Part shown: positions 22,417 through 34,440 of the stretch, in pieces
Numbering within the stretch: position 1 is the first letter of the stretch
Layout of the letters: each line of letters starts with the position of its first letter
Source of the DNA: Okamejei kenojei
Taxonomy: Eukaryota
Direction: 5' to 3'
Assembly: GCA_035221665.1 (NCBI GenBank)
Contig: CM069154.1
Span: forward strand, 5,828,001-5,892,000
Length of the DNA stretch: 64,000 nt
Notes under the pieces: generated by a model
The model's input: the letters and a program-made list of their open reading frames with translations, nothing else
The model's database searches: none
Told to the model about the DNA's origin: nothing
Made by a program: the position numbers and the translations under genes

Positions 22417-23056
22417 CCCTGGCTGTTCCCTGATGCCGGGGCTGTCCTTCACACCATAGTCTTTAGGCTCCACTATCTATTATTTTCCCTCTGAAAGCAG
22501 CCACAAATTCACTGGCTTGAAAAGAAAGGAAACTGTCCGACAATTAGAATTTGTGAAATGTTATAATCTCAGTGCAAATGCTGCTGATTACTGCAAATCT
22601 AGTATCTTCCTCCCTCTCCTGGTGTAGTGAAGAGATGTCAGCTGGAACAGCTCCATAATCTCATTGTTCATGGGGACTGCCGACATGGGAATCCCAGTAC
22701 ATGTCCAACTAAGTGCTGTTGGTGGAGTGATGACGGAATATATACCAGTCATTTATTGACTCATTCACAACTTGTGGCAGAGCCAAATGTCTGTTTTGAA
22801 TTGCACTTGACATTAATAGTTTGTTCAGCTTTTTCACATCAATAATGTCATTGATTTGTTTGTGCCTATGATTTAGTTTTTACTGAAGGATGTTAGTGAA
22901 AGATAGATTTACATGACAACTTTGTGGCTTAATTGTTACTATGAGTGATATGGGCATTTTAAAAACAATATTCATGTTTTTCATTTGAAAATAGACTTGA
23001 TTTTGCAATAATTCCAGCTTTTAGAAATATTGATCTTGGATAGATCTTGGATTTTG

Positions 23057-23428
23057 GGCGACACGGTGGCACAGCGGTAGAGTTGCTGCCTCACAGCGCC
23101 AGAGACTCGGGTTCGATACTGACTACGGATGCTGCCTGTAAAGAGTTTGTACGTTCTCCCCGTGACCTATGTGGGTTTTTCCGGGTGCTCAGGGTTCCTA
23201 CCACACTCCAAAGACGTACAGGTTTATCGGTTTGTAGATTTTCTCCGAGATCTTCGGCTTCCTCTTACACTTCAAGACGTACAGGTTTATAGGTTAATTG
23301 GCTTGGTATATATGTAAATTGTCCCTAGTGTGTGTAGGATAGTGTTAATGTGCGGGGGTCACTGGTCGGCGTAGACTCTGTGGGCCGAAGGGCCTGTTTC
23401 TGCTATATCTCTAAACTAAACTAAACTA
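23057..23428 (+). mobile_element. HE1-type SINE, full length, with internal duplication
   Basis: cacggtggcacagcggtagag...gggttcgatact head, core and tail. Confidence 0.88.
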
Positions 23429-23679
23429 GTCAGCATTAATAGTACTGGGCAGGAAATCGATTCATTAAGGGAAATCACAGCACTTAGTTTAGAGGAAATC
23501 ATATTAAAAAATTTGATAGTTTCTGGTAAAATTACAGATAAAGTTGTTGAAGGTAATGAAGTTAATGTATAAATGAGCTTCCAGATGGTTTTAATAACAG
23601 GATAAATGACAGATATCAGGAATAAAAGTAAAGTTGAACATTATGAAGAACATAAAAGGTGCATTTATGGATAGGAACA

Positions 23680-24362
23680 CCACGTGGTGGCACCAGCATT
23701 GGCTGCCTCGCCAACAGTCTGTCTGTCCAATTTTTGTTTTTATTTCTAGTATGTGTTAAAAGTATGTTTTAGTGTTCCTTGGTTTGTTTTATGTGGGGGA
23801 AACATTTTTCCAATCTCTTACCTCGACGGAGATGTGGTTTGTTTCCGTATCGTATATCCGTCCCAACTGCGGCCTAATATCGTGGAGTTGGTGGCCTTTC
23901 CTGGAGACGAACGGGCGTTCCAAGTCGCGGGAGACTGTGGGACTTTAACATTGCGGAGCTTGCGATCCCTTTGCCGGGGATCGTAGTTCCAACCGCGGGG
24001 CCTGTGGACTTTAACATCGTGAAGCCCGCGGTCTCTGGTAAGAGTCCCATGGACTCGGGAGATCCATGCAGCGGAGAGAGTTTCAACCGCCCCTAGGCAG
24101 GAGTTTCGATCACCCCGACTGGGACTTCGATCGCCGGATGCGGAGGCTTTGATTGCCCCAATTGCGGATGGTTTTACTGCCCTGACCATGGGAGAACAAA
24201 GAGGAAGAAGCTTGAACTTTATTGCCTTCCATCACAGTGAGGAATATGGAATCCACTGCGATGGATGTTGATGTTAACTTTTATATGGTTGTGAGTCTTG
24301 TAACTCATATTTCACTGTACCTTAATTGGTACATGTGACAGTAAACTGACCTTGAAACTTTG
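23680..24362 (+). mobile_element. Non-autonomous retroposon with GC-rich internal repeats and Rex-type tail
   Basis: Head gtggcaccagcattggctgcc, repeated gactttaacat/ttcgatc blocks, and tail atttcactgtaccttaattggtacatgtgac. A related head lies at 25340-25560. Confidence 0.5.
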
Positions 24363-24744
24363 AAGATGGTTAAGCGTCTTACGACAGAGGAAAGACACTG
24401 AAAACTGGGGTAACAGTGGGTCAGACAGCATCTCTGGAGAAAAGGAATAGGTGATGTTTTAGGTCGAGACCCTTCATCCGACAGTCAGGGTAAAGGGGAC
24501 CCAGACTCACTAGAACAGAGGAATATGGGTGATTGGCCGTTTATTGAGCGGGAGGAAGGTAAATAGTGAGATTGGTGTTGGCTTTTTAAAAATCGATATG
24601 TGACCTAGACTTGGACTTGCAAGCCACAAGTTTGAAATGAGCTGATGATGCAAAACGAAATAGCATTGTGAACTGCAATCCAGGATGTTATTGAGTTTTG
24701 GGAGTACATAGACTTGCTGGTGGAATGGACAGACATATGGCAGA

Positions 24745-25152
24745 AGGTAGACATAAAAAGCTGGAGTAACTCAGCGGGTCAGACAGCATCTCTGGAGAAA
24801 AGGAATAGATTATGTTTTGAGTTGAGACCCTTCTTCAAACTGAAAGTCAGGGGAAAGGGAAACGAGAGATATGGACGGTGATATAGAGAGATATAGAACA
24901 AACGAATGAAAGAAATGCAAGAAAGTAAAGATGATGATGGAGACTGGCTATTGTGAGCTGTGGTCTAGTTAAACAAACCAGTGTTAGCTGTGGTCTACAT
25001 GGGAAAAAAATGTTAGCTGTAGTCGAGATGAGAAAAAACATTGTTAGCTGTGGTCTATGTGAAAAAAACCATTGTCAGCTGTGGTTTTGGTGAAAACCAT
25101 GTTAGTGTGGGCTGGATGAAAACATTTGTTAGCTGTGGTCTAGGTGAAACCA
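24745..25152 (-). mobile_element. Penelope-like 3' end carrying a ~30-bp minisatellite (24951-25152)
   Basis: Penelope terminal motif followed by about 7 copies of tgttagctgtggtctaggtgaaaa..ca. Confidence 0.6.
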
Positions 25153-26465
25153 ACATCTGCAGTTCCTTCCTCAACATGGCAGATTCATTTATTGTAGAGA
25201 AATTCGGTGATACATTTTGAATACTTATGGGCAATATAGAATATTGTTACTTCAGCATTTTGTGTCTATCTTCGGTTTAAACCAGCATCTGCAGTTCCTT
25301 CCCACACAGATACTATTTGAAGAACGGTTGTGAGCATCGGGTGGCACCGCGCGCTGGCAGCCTCGCTAGCAGCTGTCCTTCCTTTCGAGTTTTTTTGTTT
25401 TTAGTATGTCTAAAAGTGGGTTTTAGTGTCCTTAAGTGTGGTGGGGGGGAGGGGGTAGGGGTAGTGGGGGCAGGGAATAGGGGAAAACTTTTTAGTCACT
25501 TATATCGATGGAATGTGACTTTTCTCCTAGTCGTATTTTCGCCCTCCCTCGTGGGCTAACAGCTTGGATTGGAGCGGCATCTCCCGGAGTTGGGTCCAGA
25601 GTTCACGGAAGGCCCCCTAAGTCCTCGTGAATACCGCGTGTTCCCAAGCCAATTAATCAATTTACCAAGCCAATTAACCTACAAACCTCTACGTCTTTGG
25701 AGTGTTGTAGAAAATCGAAGATCTTGGAGAAAATCCACGTGGTCACGGGTAGAGTGTACAAATTTCGTACCGACAGCACCCATAGTCAGGATCGAACCCG
25801 GGTCTCTGATCCCTCGGGGCATACGCTGTGCCACCGTGTCGCCCCGAGGGATCAGAGGGGCATTTACTGAGGATGTGTTGTCACAAGGGACAGATAATTC
25901 TGAGCACCGTTGATGTAATTTAGGAGATTTTTATCCCCTGGGTAAAAGATGTCCCACACATTAGCTTCAGTGCTGTCCTGACCTCTCATCTACCTCATTG
26001 GAAATCTTTGAGATGTCTTTAATTGGACTTCAGTGATATAGAGCCATAAAGAATGATGTTATGTTATCCCGTTTTCTCATCCACTCCCCTGAAAAGCTCG
26101 GGGCAATATGCAGAAGCCAATTAACCTACAAGCCCACATGTCTTTGGGATGTGGGTGGAAACCAGAACACCTGGAGGAAACTCACGTGATTGCAGGGAGA
26201 ATGTACAAACTGCACGCAGACAGCACCCGAGGTCAGGATTGAACCTGGGTCTCTGGCGCTGTGAGGCAGCAGCTCTACAAGCTATCCCACCCCTAGTGCC
26301 ACCATTGTTGATGTTGATGGGGCTTGATGAAGAGGGATGGATAGAGATTGATATTTAGTATTAACATTGGAGTGGACTAGTGGGGCTGAATGGCCTGTGT
26401 TATGCTACATAATATTAGTTTATATATTCTCAAACATTCAGACAATTCACACTTCACATCCTTAC

Positions 26466-26512
26466 CTGGGTTTCATTGTTATCTTCTCTGTGAGATCCCT
26501 TGTCTTTCGATT
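26466..26512 (-). other. Candidate small cytoplasmic exon of receptor pseudogene 2
   Basis: tattttctag|AATCGA...CCCAG|gtaag in non-repeat DNA. In phase 0 it reads NRKTRDLTEKITMKP, which is compatible with the TM exon ending ...SIRK. Confidence 0.35.
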
Positions 26513-27277
26513 CTAGAAAATACATCATTATTGAAAAATCCACATCAGGAACATATTTAAACTCAAGTTCATAAGTTCAGAAGTGATAGGAGCAGAATTA
26601 GTCTACTTGGCCCATCTAGTCTACTCCACCATTCAATCATGGCTGACCTATCTTTCCCTCTCAACCCTTTTCTCCTCCCTTCTTCCCATAACCCCTGGCA
26701 CCTGTACTAATCAAGAATCTATCAATTTCCGCCTGAATATATTAATTAGCCTCCACAGCCTTCTGTGGCAATGAATTTCATAGATTCACCTCCTGTGACT
26801 ACAGAAATTCCTCCTCATCTCCTTTCTAAATGTATGTCCTTTTATTCTGAGGCTGTGGCCTCTGGTCCTAAATCTCCTCGTGGAAACATCCTCTTCACAT
26901 CCATTCTGTCCAGGCCATGTGTGGTACACAGAACCGTATATATTTATTAGAATCTATGCTAAACTAGAAACTAGCTTTAGTGTCTGTTTTAGTTTTACTT
27001 TGACTTTTACGTTTAGAGATACAGCGCGGAAACAGGCCCTTTGGCCCATCGAGTCAGCGCCGACCAACAACCACCCCTACACTAGGTCTATCTTACACAC
27101 TAGAGCCAATTTACTAGAAGCCAACTAACCAAGTATGTTAGTTTAGTTTATTGTCACATGTACCATAGTTAACCATATAACAAAAGAGTTAACCATATAA
27201 CCAATTAACAAAGGTAGACAAAAATGCTGGAGAAACTCAGCGGGTGATGCAGCATCTAAGGAGCGAAGGAAATAGGC

Positions 27278-27305
27278 AACGTTTCGGGCCAAAACCCTTC
27301 TTCAG
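27278..27305 (-). ncRNA. Minimal hammerhead ribozyme motif (Penelope-derived)
   Basis: CUGAAGA-A-GGGU(UUUG)GCCC-GAAA-CG-UU; catalytic core intact, with a U.G wobble in stem II. Confidence 0.55.
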
Positions 27306-27830
27306 ACTGAAGAAGTATTTGGAATATGGGAGAAAACCCATGTGATCAGAGGGATAACGTACAAACTCAGTGCAGACAGCACCCATTGCCAGGATCAAAC
27401 CTGGGTCTCTGTAGCTATAAGGCAGCAACTCTACCGCTATGCCACTGTGCCCACCACTTCGAATTTGTATTTTTCCTTGATTTTAAACATCTCCATCAGA
27501 TCACTTTGCAACCTTCTCTGTTCTCAGGAGATCAATTGTTCGCTGTTCGCTGATCAATTATCTACCGGACTAAAGTCCTTCATTCCTAAGTTACTTTTTC
27601 TAAATCCCTTCTGTACCTCTCTAACAATTTCACAACCTTCCTTAAGTGGTGACTACAATTGTGACCAAACTCATATTTTATAAATGGAGGTACAGAAGAC
27701 TGCAGATGCTGGAATCTGAAGCAAGAAGGTATCCTGGTGCAGTCTGGACCCAAGATGTTGACAAGGTATTTCTGCTTGAAGACTCTGTTTAACCCATTGA
27801 GTGCCTTGAGCAGTTTTTTGGCTCTTATAT

Positions 27831-28161
27831 ACATAGAAACATAGAAACATCGAAATTAGGTGCAGGAGCAGGCCATTCGGCCCTTCGAGCCTGCACCACC
27901 ATTCAATATGATCATGGCTGATCATCCAACTCAGTATCCTGTACCTGCCTTCTCTCCATACCCCCTGATCCCTTCAGCCACAAGGGCCACATCCAACTCC
28001 CTCTTAAATATGGCCAACGAACTGGCCTCAACTACCTTCCGTGGCAGAGAATTCCACAGATTCACCACTCTCTGTGTGAAAAATGATTTTCTCATCTCGG
28101 TCCTAAAAGACTTCCCCCTTATCCTTAAACTGTGACCCCTTGCCCTGGACTTCCCCAACAT
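27831..28161 (-). mobile_element. CR1 3' fragment
   Basis: GKSRARGHSLRIRGKSFRTEMRK...GYGEKAGTGY* plus a (tatgtttc)n tail. Confidence 0.9.
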
Positions 28162-28355
28162 TGTTTCATGTTTCATGTCCCCATGTTTCATAAAAACTCA
28201 TATTCTATGTATCAGAGATAATTCATTTTTTTCAACCAATTTCCCAATCTGCTCTGGAACTTTCAAGGAACTTGGCTATTAAACATTCTGCAGAAGCCTT
28301 GTTTTTGTACCTTCCATTTTGTATTGTCACTTGCAATACTGACCATTAAATAAGT

Positions 28356-28383
28356 CTGAAGAAGGGTCTCGACCCGAAACGTC
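28356..28383 (+). ncRNA. Minimal hammerhead ribozyme motif (best copy), at the start of a Penelope-like end (28352-28484)
   Basis: CUGAAGA-A-GGGU(CUCG)ACCC-GAAA-CG-UC: complete core, palindromic ACGU stem III and GUC triplet. Confidence 0.6.
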
Positions 28384-29740
28384 GCCTATTCCTTCGCTCC
28401 ATAGATGCTGCCGCACCCGCTGAGTTTCTCCAGCATTTTTGTCTATCTTCGATTTTGCCAGCATCTGCAGTTCTTTCTTAAACATAATGTAATGCGTTAC
28501 ATTTTTTATTCTTACATTTTATTGGCCAAACAAAAAACTTATGAAGCAATTTAGAAAAAATAGGAAGGAACAATTGTTTGTTAATGTTATATAGTGTGGA
28601 TAAGACTTGATTATCTTGATAAGATTAAGATCAAATTTAGTATTTCACTGCCTTTAAACCTAGCTCTTCGAAACAATCAGGAAGTGGTTTGTATTCTTTG
28701 CAAAACTGTGTTCTTCTTGGAAGTCAATTGTTGAGCAATAAGTAATTAATGGTCTATCTGTGGTGAGGCAAACATAACTACTTGCTCTTTTTGTAAACAA
28801 GCTTTTGCAGTTAATTTTCTCTATTTGTTCTCCAGGCATGCTGTCGAACCCACTGAGTTACTCCAGCACTTTGTGTAAACCTGTATCATCGGTTTCTTGT
28901 CTGAAGAACGGGCCCCGACCCGAAACATCACCTATCTATGTTATAGATTCTATAGATGCACCGTATCCCACCATTGAGCCATCTATACCTCACAATGCCT
29001 CAAGAAAGCAGACAACATAATTAAGGACCTTCTTCACCCCAGCCGTCCCCTCTTCTCTCCTCTCCCATCAAGGCAGAAGATATAATAGCTTGAAATTATT
29101 CTCCACCTGTTTCACGAACAGCTTCTTCAAACCTATTGGAAATGAACACGAGGGTGTGAAGTAAGAGACTTTTAGATAAGTACAGGGATATGCAGGGCTG
29201 GAGGGATATGGATTATGTGCAGGCAGATAAGGGTTTGTTCAGGGCAAGCACTATCAGAGGGGGGGGCAACGAGTGCCATTTGTCATGGGCCTCATGCCTG
29301 TAGCTTCAAAGGGATCTTGATTTTGGGGCCTCTAAAATTGAGGGGCTTCTGCTTGAAATTCTGAAATTGAAATTGGCCTCGTCTATGAGATGGCCTGGTT
29401 CTTGGCATTATGTTCGGCACGGACGTTGTGGGCCCGAGGGCTTGTTCCTGTCATGTTTAGTTTAGAGATACAGCATGGAAACATGCCCTTTGCCCCACTA
29501 CGTTCGCTCTGACCAGCAATCACCCATACACTAGTTGTATCGTGAACGCTGGGTACAATTTACAGAAGCCAATTAACCTACAAACCTGCACGTCTTTGGA
29601 ATGTGGGAGGAGACCAGAGCACACAGAGATAACCCACGCGGTCACAGGGAGAACGTACAATCTCATAGTCAGGATTGGTCCCAGGTGTCTGGCAGCAACT
29701 CCACCGCTGTGTCACTGTGCCACAGTGTCACTGTGCATCA

Positions 29741-32700
29741 GAAAGATGGTCGTGCCATTGTGTTTGGCTGCCCGTCATAGCCCGCCTGAACAAATACCCT
29801 TTCTAGGTAATCTCTACCATTCGTATGGCCTGCAGTCAAAGCTGGCGTACGAACGGCAGGCATTACTAAATATACAAGCCTCGGTCATTGAGGTCTTCAC
29901 CCGAGGCCCCGGGCGAGGCCCTGCATCGAGCCCCGGGCGAGGCCCTGCATCGAGCTCCACATCGAGCCCCGGGCGAGGCCCTGCATCGAGCTCCACATCG
30001 AGCCCCGGGCGAGGCCCTGCATCGAGCTCCACATCGAGCCCCGGACAAGGCCCCGCATCGAGCTCAACATCGAGCTCTGGATGAGGCCACGCATCGAGCT
30101 CCACATCGAGCTCTGGATGAGGCCCTGCATCGAGCTCCACATCGAGCCCCGGACAAGGCCCGCATCGAGCTCCACATCGAGCCCCGGACAAGGCCCCGCA
30201 TCGAGCTCCACATCGAGCTCTGGATGAGGCCCCGCATCGAGCTCCACATCGAGCCCCGGACAAGGCCCCGCATCGAGCTCCACATCGAGCCCCGGACAAG
30301 GCCCCGCATCGAGCTCCACATCGAGCTCTGGATGAGGCCCTGCATCGAGCTCCACATCGAGCCCCGGCCAAGGCCCCGCATCGAGCTCCACATCGAGCCC
30401 CGGACAAGGCCCCGCATCGAGCTCCACATCGAGCTCTGGATGAGGCCACGCATCGAGCTCCACATCGAGCCCCGGACAAGGCCCCGCATCGAGCTCCACA
30501 TCGAGCCCCGGGTGAGGCCCCGCATCGAGCCCCGGGCGAGGCCCCGCATCGAGCCGAGCCTCTGTCATCAAGATCTTCATCCGTGGCCCCGGACAAGAAC
30601 ACGGACCGTGCCTCCGACTGAACCCCCGACAGTCACCTGGAAAAGGCTTCACTTACCGTTCGCTCCTCGTTCGAGTCCCGAGAGAAGTATGGGCTCCACC
30701 TTGTGGCGGCCTCCCCACACCTGGAGGTGGAGTAAACACGCGGGTGTCCTGGTAAGGCTGAAGAACCTCGCCCGCGCCCGTTTAACATCTGCTTACCTCG
30801 CCCAGTGCTGTGAGGATGGATCTGGTCAGCCCTACCGCTCCATCCATCGGCGGTCCCTTGAGCCCAGGTATGTTTCTCTCCGGTCAATCCTCCCAGTCCC
30901 AGGTCTGTCGGCACGCGGGCTCCCAGCCAGGCCCTGTGTGAAGCGCAGCGGCGTGGTCTCCCTGAACCTCCGCCCGCTAGCGTGGGAGCCGCTACCGGAC
31001 CACAACTCGCCTGCAGTCCCCGCAAAAGTGGCCCTGATCAATGCGAGATAAAGCCTTTGTCCTCAATGACTTCTTCACTGTACGTGGATTGGACCTCCTA
31101 CTGATCACAGAAACCTGGCTTAATCCTGGTGAGCTTGCTCCACTCGTGGAACTCTGCCCTGATACCTGCAACCTTTTCAGCTCACCTAGGCTCTCAGGTC
31201 ACGGTGGGGGCCTAGTCACTGTGTTTAAGAAGAATTTCAACTGCCGCCTTCTAAACGCTGATCACGTCTCCAGTTTTGAATATCAACTTATCATAGTCGG
31301 TCTATTCTGTCCGCTTTTAATTGTTCTGGTGTATCGCCCCCCAAAAACAAATAAGGACTTTATCTCACAATTTGGTGGTCTTATCGCTAGCTTGTTGCCC
31401 AAATTTGACCAGGTCCTGATTCTTGGTGACTTTAACATTCATATCTGTTGTCCCACAAAGCCTCTAGTGAGTGAATTTTTAAACCTGGTTGAGTCCTTCA
31501 ATCTGTCTCTACTCACCACTGGACCCATGCACAAGCTTGGACATACACTAGACCTAGTGCTTTCGTCTGGTCTCCCAACTTGTAACACAGTCAGTTATTA
31601 TTCATGCCTGTCTATCTGATCACAGTGCTATTATATTCGATATATCTCTGCCTTTCTCGTTCTCAAAGTCCCATCTCCCTGCTCGCTACTCCCACTACGT
31701 TAACTCCGCGTCGGCCAGTAAGTTCTCTGAGGCTCTCATAGCTGCCCCCGACATCTGCACTATTGAGGCGTCTACCCCCCAACCTCAACACCGACAACCT
31801 AACTTCTCTATTTGCTCTTCCATCCTGGATTCTGTTGCTCAGCCAAAGCCTAAAGGCGAGCCATGGTTCAATGACACCAGCAGAGCCCGAAGAAGAGAAT
31901 GCAGAGAATCAGAACAGAAGTACAAATCCGATAAGCTTCAAATTTCCTTGAACTCCTGAAAAACAAACTTCACAAATACCAGGAAATGGTAAAATCCGCA
32001 AGAACAAAATACTTTTCCACCGTTATCTCCAAAAACGCTCATAATTCCAAGGTCCTTTTTAGCACCATCACCTCCATCATTTGTCCTGTCCCCAGCACCA
32101 GCTTGACCGGGTCCCCGACTAAGTGCGAGGAATTTACTACATTTTTCACCACAAAGGTAAAGAACATAAGAACGAATATTTCCCCTCCCACCCGTGACCT
32201 GGCTGTCTCATTGGTCTGTTCTGCAAAATTTCAATTGGTTTCCAACCTGTACTCTACCCTCTTGTAAAAACTACGACCTGCCCCCTCGACACTGTCCCCT
32301 CTGCCCTTCTGAAGGACGTCAATAGCCGGTCCCAGTATCCTCGCCATCTTCAACAGTTCTCTGGCCACTGGCACTGCACCTACCTGCTTCAAGCATGCGG
32401 TGGTCCAGCCACTCCTGAAAAAACCTAACCTCGACCCCACCTTGCCAAGCAACTACAGACCCATTTCTAAACTGCCTTTCCTCTCAAAAGCCCTTGAAAA
32501 GGTAATCTTAAGTCAACTTATGCCTTACGTTCACCAAAATACTATCTTGGAAACTTTCCAATCGGGTTTCAAGGCTCACCACAGCACAGAGTCTGCCTTG
32601 TTGAAGGTACATAATGAGTTACTGCTCACCATTGACTCCGGCGACTGTGCAATCCTGCTCCTTCTTGACCTCAGCGCAGCATTTGATACTGTCGACCACA

Positions 32701-33876
32701 CCATCCTAATTGTCCTGCACTGTCCTGAGCTGGTTCATCTCCTACCTCATAGGTAGGAGTTTCTCTACTAACATAGGCAACTCTTTCTCCTCCCCAGCTA
32801 GCCTCTGCTGTGGGATTCCACAAGCTTGCATCATTGGCCCCATTCTGTTCTCCCTGTATATGCTCCCCTTAGGCCAAGTCATTGAAAGGCACGGCATTTC
32901 CTTCCATTGCTACGAAGATGATACACAACTGTATCTCCCCCTGAAGCCCAAAAATCAATCAAATCTGCTTAACCTTACCCGCTGCCTCGAGGATATAAAG
33001 TGCTGGATGGCCCAGAACTTCCTCCAACTAAATGAGAGTAAGTCTGAGGTCATCCTTCTCGGCCCCTCGGACTCAATCAAAATGATAGCAGGCAGCCTTG
33101 GAAGCCTCACCCCACTACTCAAACCTCACGTGTAAAACCTTGGCGTGATATTTGATTGAGCACTTAAGTTTGACAAACAAGTCAATGCCGTGGTAAAAGC
33201 TAGCTTCTTTCAGCTTTGGATGATAGCTAAAATAAAACAATTCCTCCAGTTTGATGACCTCGAAAAGATCATCCATACATTTATCTCCTCCCGCCTAGAT
33301 TACTGCAACTCCCTTTACACTGGCATCAGCCAATCTTCCCTGTCCCGCCTGCAACTGGTCCAAAACGCCGCAGCGAGACTTCTGACGGGCATCCGAAAAA
33401 GGGACCACATCACCCCGATCCTGGCCTCTCTCCACTGGCTCCCTGTGCGGTTCCTAATCAATTTCAAGACCCTCCTATTTGTCTACAAAGCCCTCAATGG
33501 GCTTGCACCCACCTACATTAAAAGTCTTCTCACCCACTACACCACCTCCAGGTCCCTCTGATCGGCGGACTTGGAGTTGTCTAGGCAAAAGCTCAGGGCC
33601 GACCGCGCCTTTGCGGTCGCAGCTCCTAGACTGTGGAACAGCATCCCCCTCCCCATTAGAACTGCCCCCTCCATCGACTCCTTTAAGTCTAGTCTAAAAA
33701 CGTATCTGTTCTTCGAAGCCTTTCCTGACGTCCTCTGAGCGAGGGCTGTTTGTATATTTGTATGTAGCCTGCTTGTGTATACTACTCTTATAACAAATGT
33801 AAAGCACTTTGGGCAACGAGAGATGTTTTTTAAATGTGCTATATAAATAAATGTGACTTGACTTGACTTGACTTGA
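29741..33876 (+). mobile_element. L2-clade LINE, near full length, frameshifted (APE endonuclease + RT)
   Basis: EN motifs ALINAR, ITETWL, VYRPP, LGDFNIH, GHTLDL, SDH. RT motifs NYRPISKLPF, DLSAAFDTVDH, GIPQ, YEDD (mutated), SRLDYCNSL. Ends aataaa with a (gactt)n tail. Confidence 0.88.
29903..30560. repeat. 36-bp GC-rich VNTR (~18 units) inside the L2 5' region
   Basis: Unit aggccccgcatcgagctccacatcgagccccggaca, with variants ...ctctggatg and ...ccccgggcg. Confidence 0.95.
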
Positions 33877-34440
33877 CCCTGCGTCAAGAAAGCAGCCAAC
33901 ATAATAAAGGAGCTTTTTCACCGCAGTCATCCCCTCCAATCCCTCTTTTGTCCATGGTAACATTCAAGCTTACATTTGCACTTTGCACAAGGACTAGACT
34001 ATATCAAAAATATTTTTAGCACTAATTGTTAGTTTACATTTTGAAGGTTTTTGTTAGTTAGTTAGATAGTTAAGTTTATTGTCACTCATAAGTCGCTCAG
34101 CTCTTCCTCTTCATTGCAAAATAACGTTTAAGTAAAAACGTTATGAGGAACATAAATGAGGAAGTAGTCGGCAAGACATTGTGTATGAAACCACAATGAT
34201 CTTGCAGGTTAACTGTCGAGTTTCAATTTTCTCAGCACATTTCAAAAATAAATTAATGTTCATAGAGTAATGAAAATGGTGAAAAGAGTCAAAAACCTGG
34301 CACGAGTGAGGAATATTTGGTAATACGCTCATCAGGTCATAAGTGATACGGCCCATCAAGTCTACCCTGCCATTCAATCATGGCTCATCTATCTCTCCCT
34401 CCTAACCCTATTCTCCTGCCTTCTCCACATAACCCCTTTG

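Noticed and set aside
23057-23125. tRNA genes at SINE heads
   Set aside because: The A/B-box-like heads continue into SINE core and LINE tail, with no complete cloverleaf.
29240-29380. Possible hAT-type MITE inside a CR1 tail
   Set aside because: The terminal inverted repeats are too degenerate and there is no clear TSD.
29903-30560. 36-bp repeats as a CRISPR array or a repetitive host protein (overlapping ORFs on both strands)
   Set aside because: The units are head-to-tail with no unique spacers and no cas genes. The multiple open frames follow from a stop-poor 36-bp unit inside a LINE.
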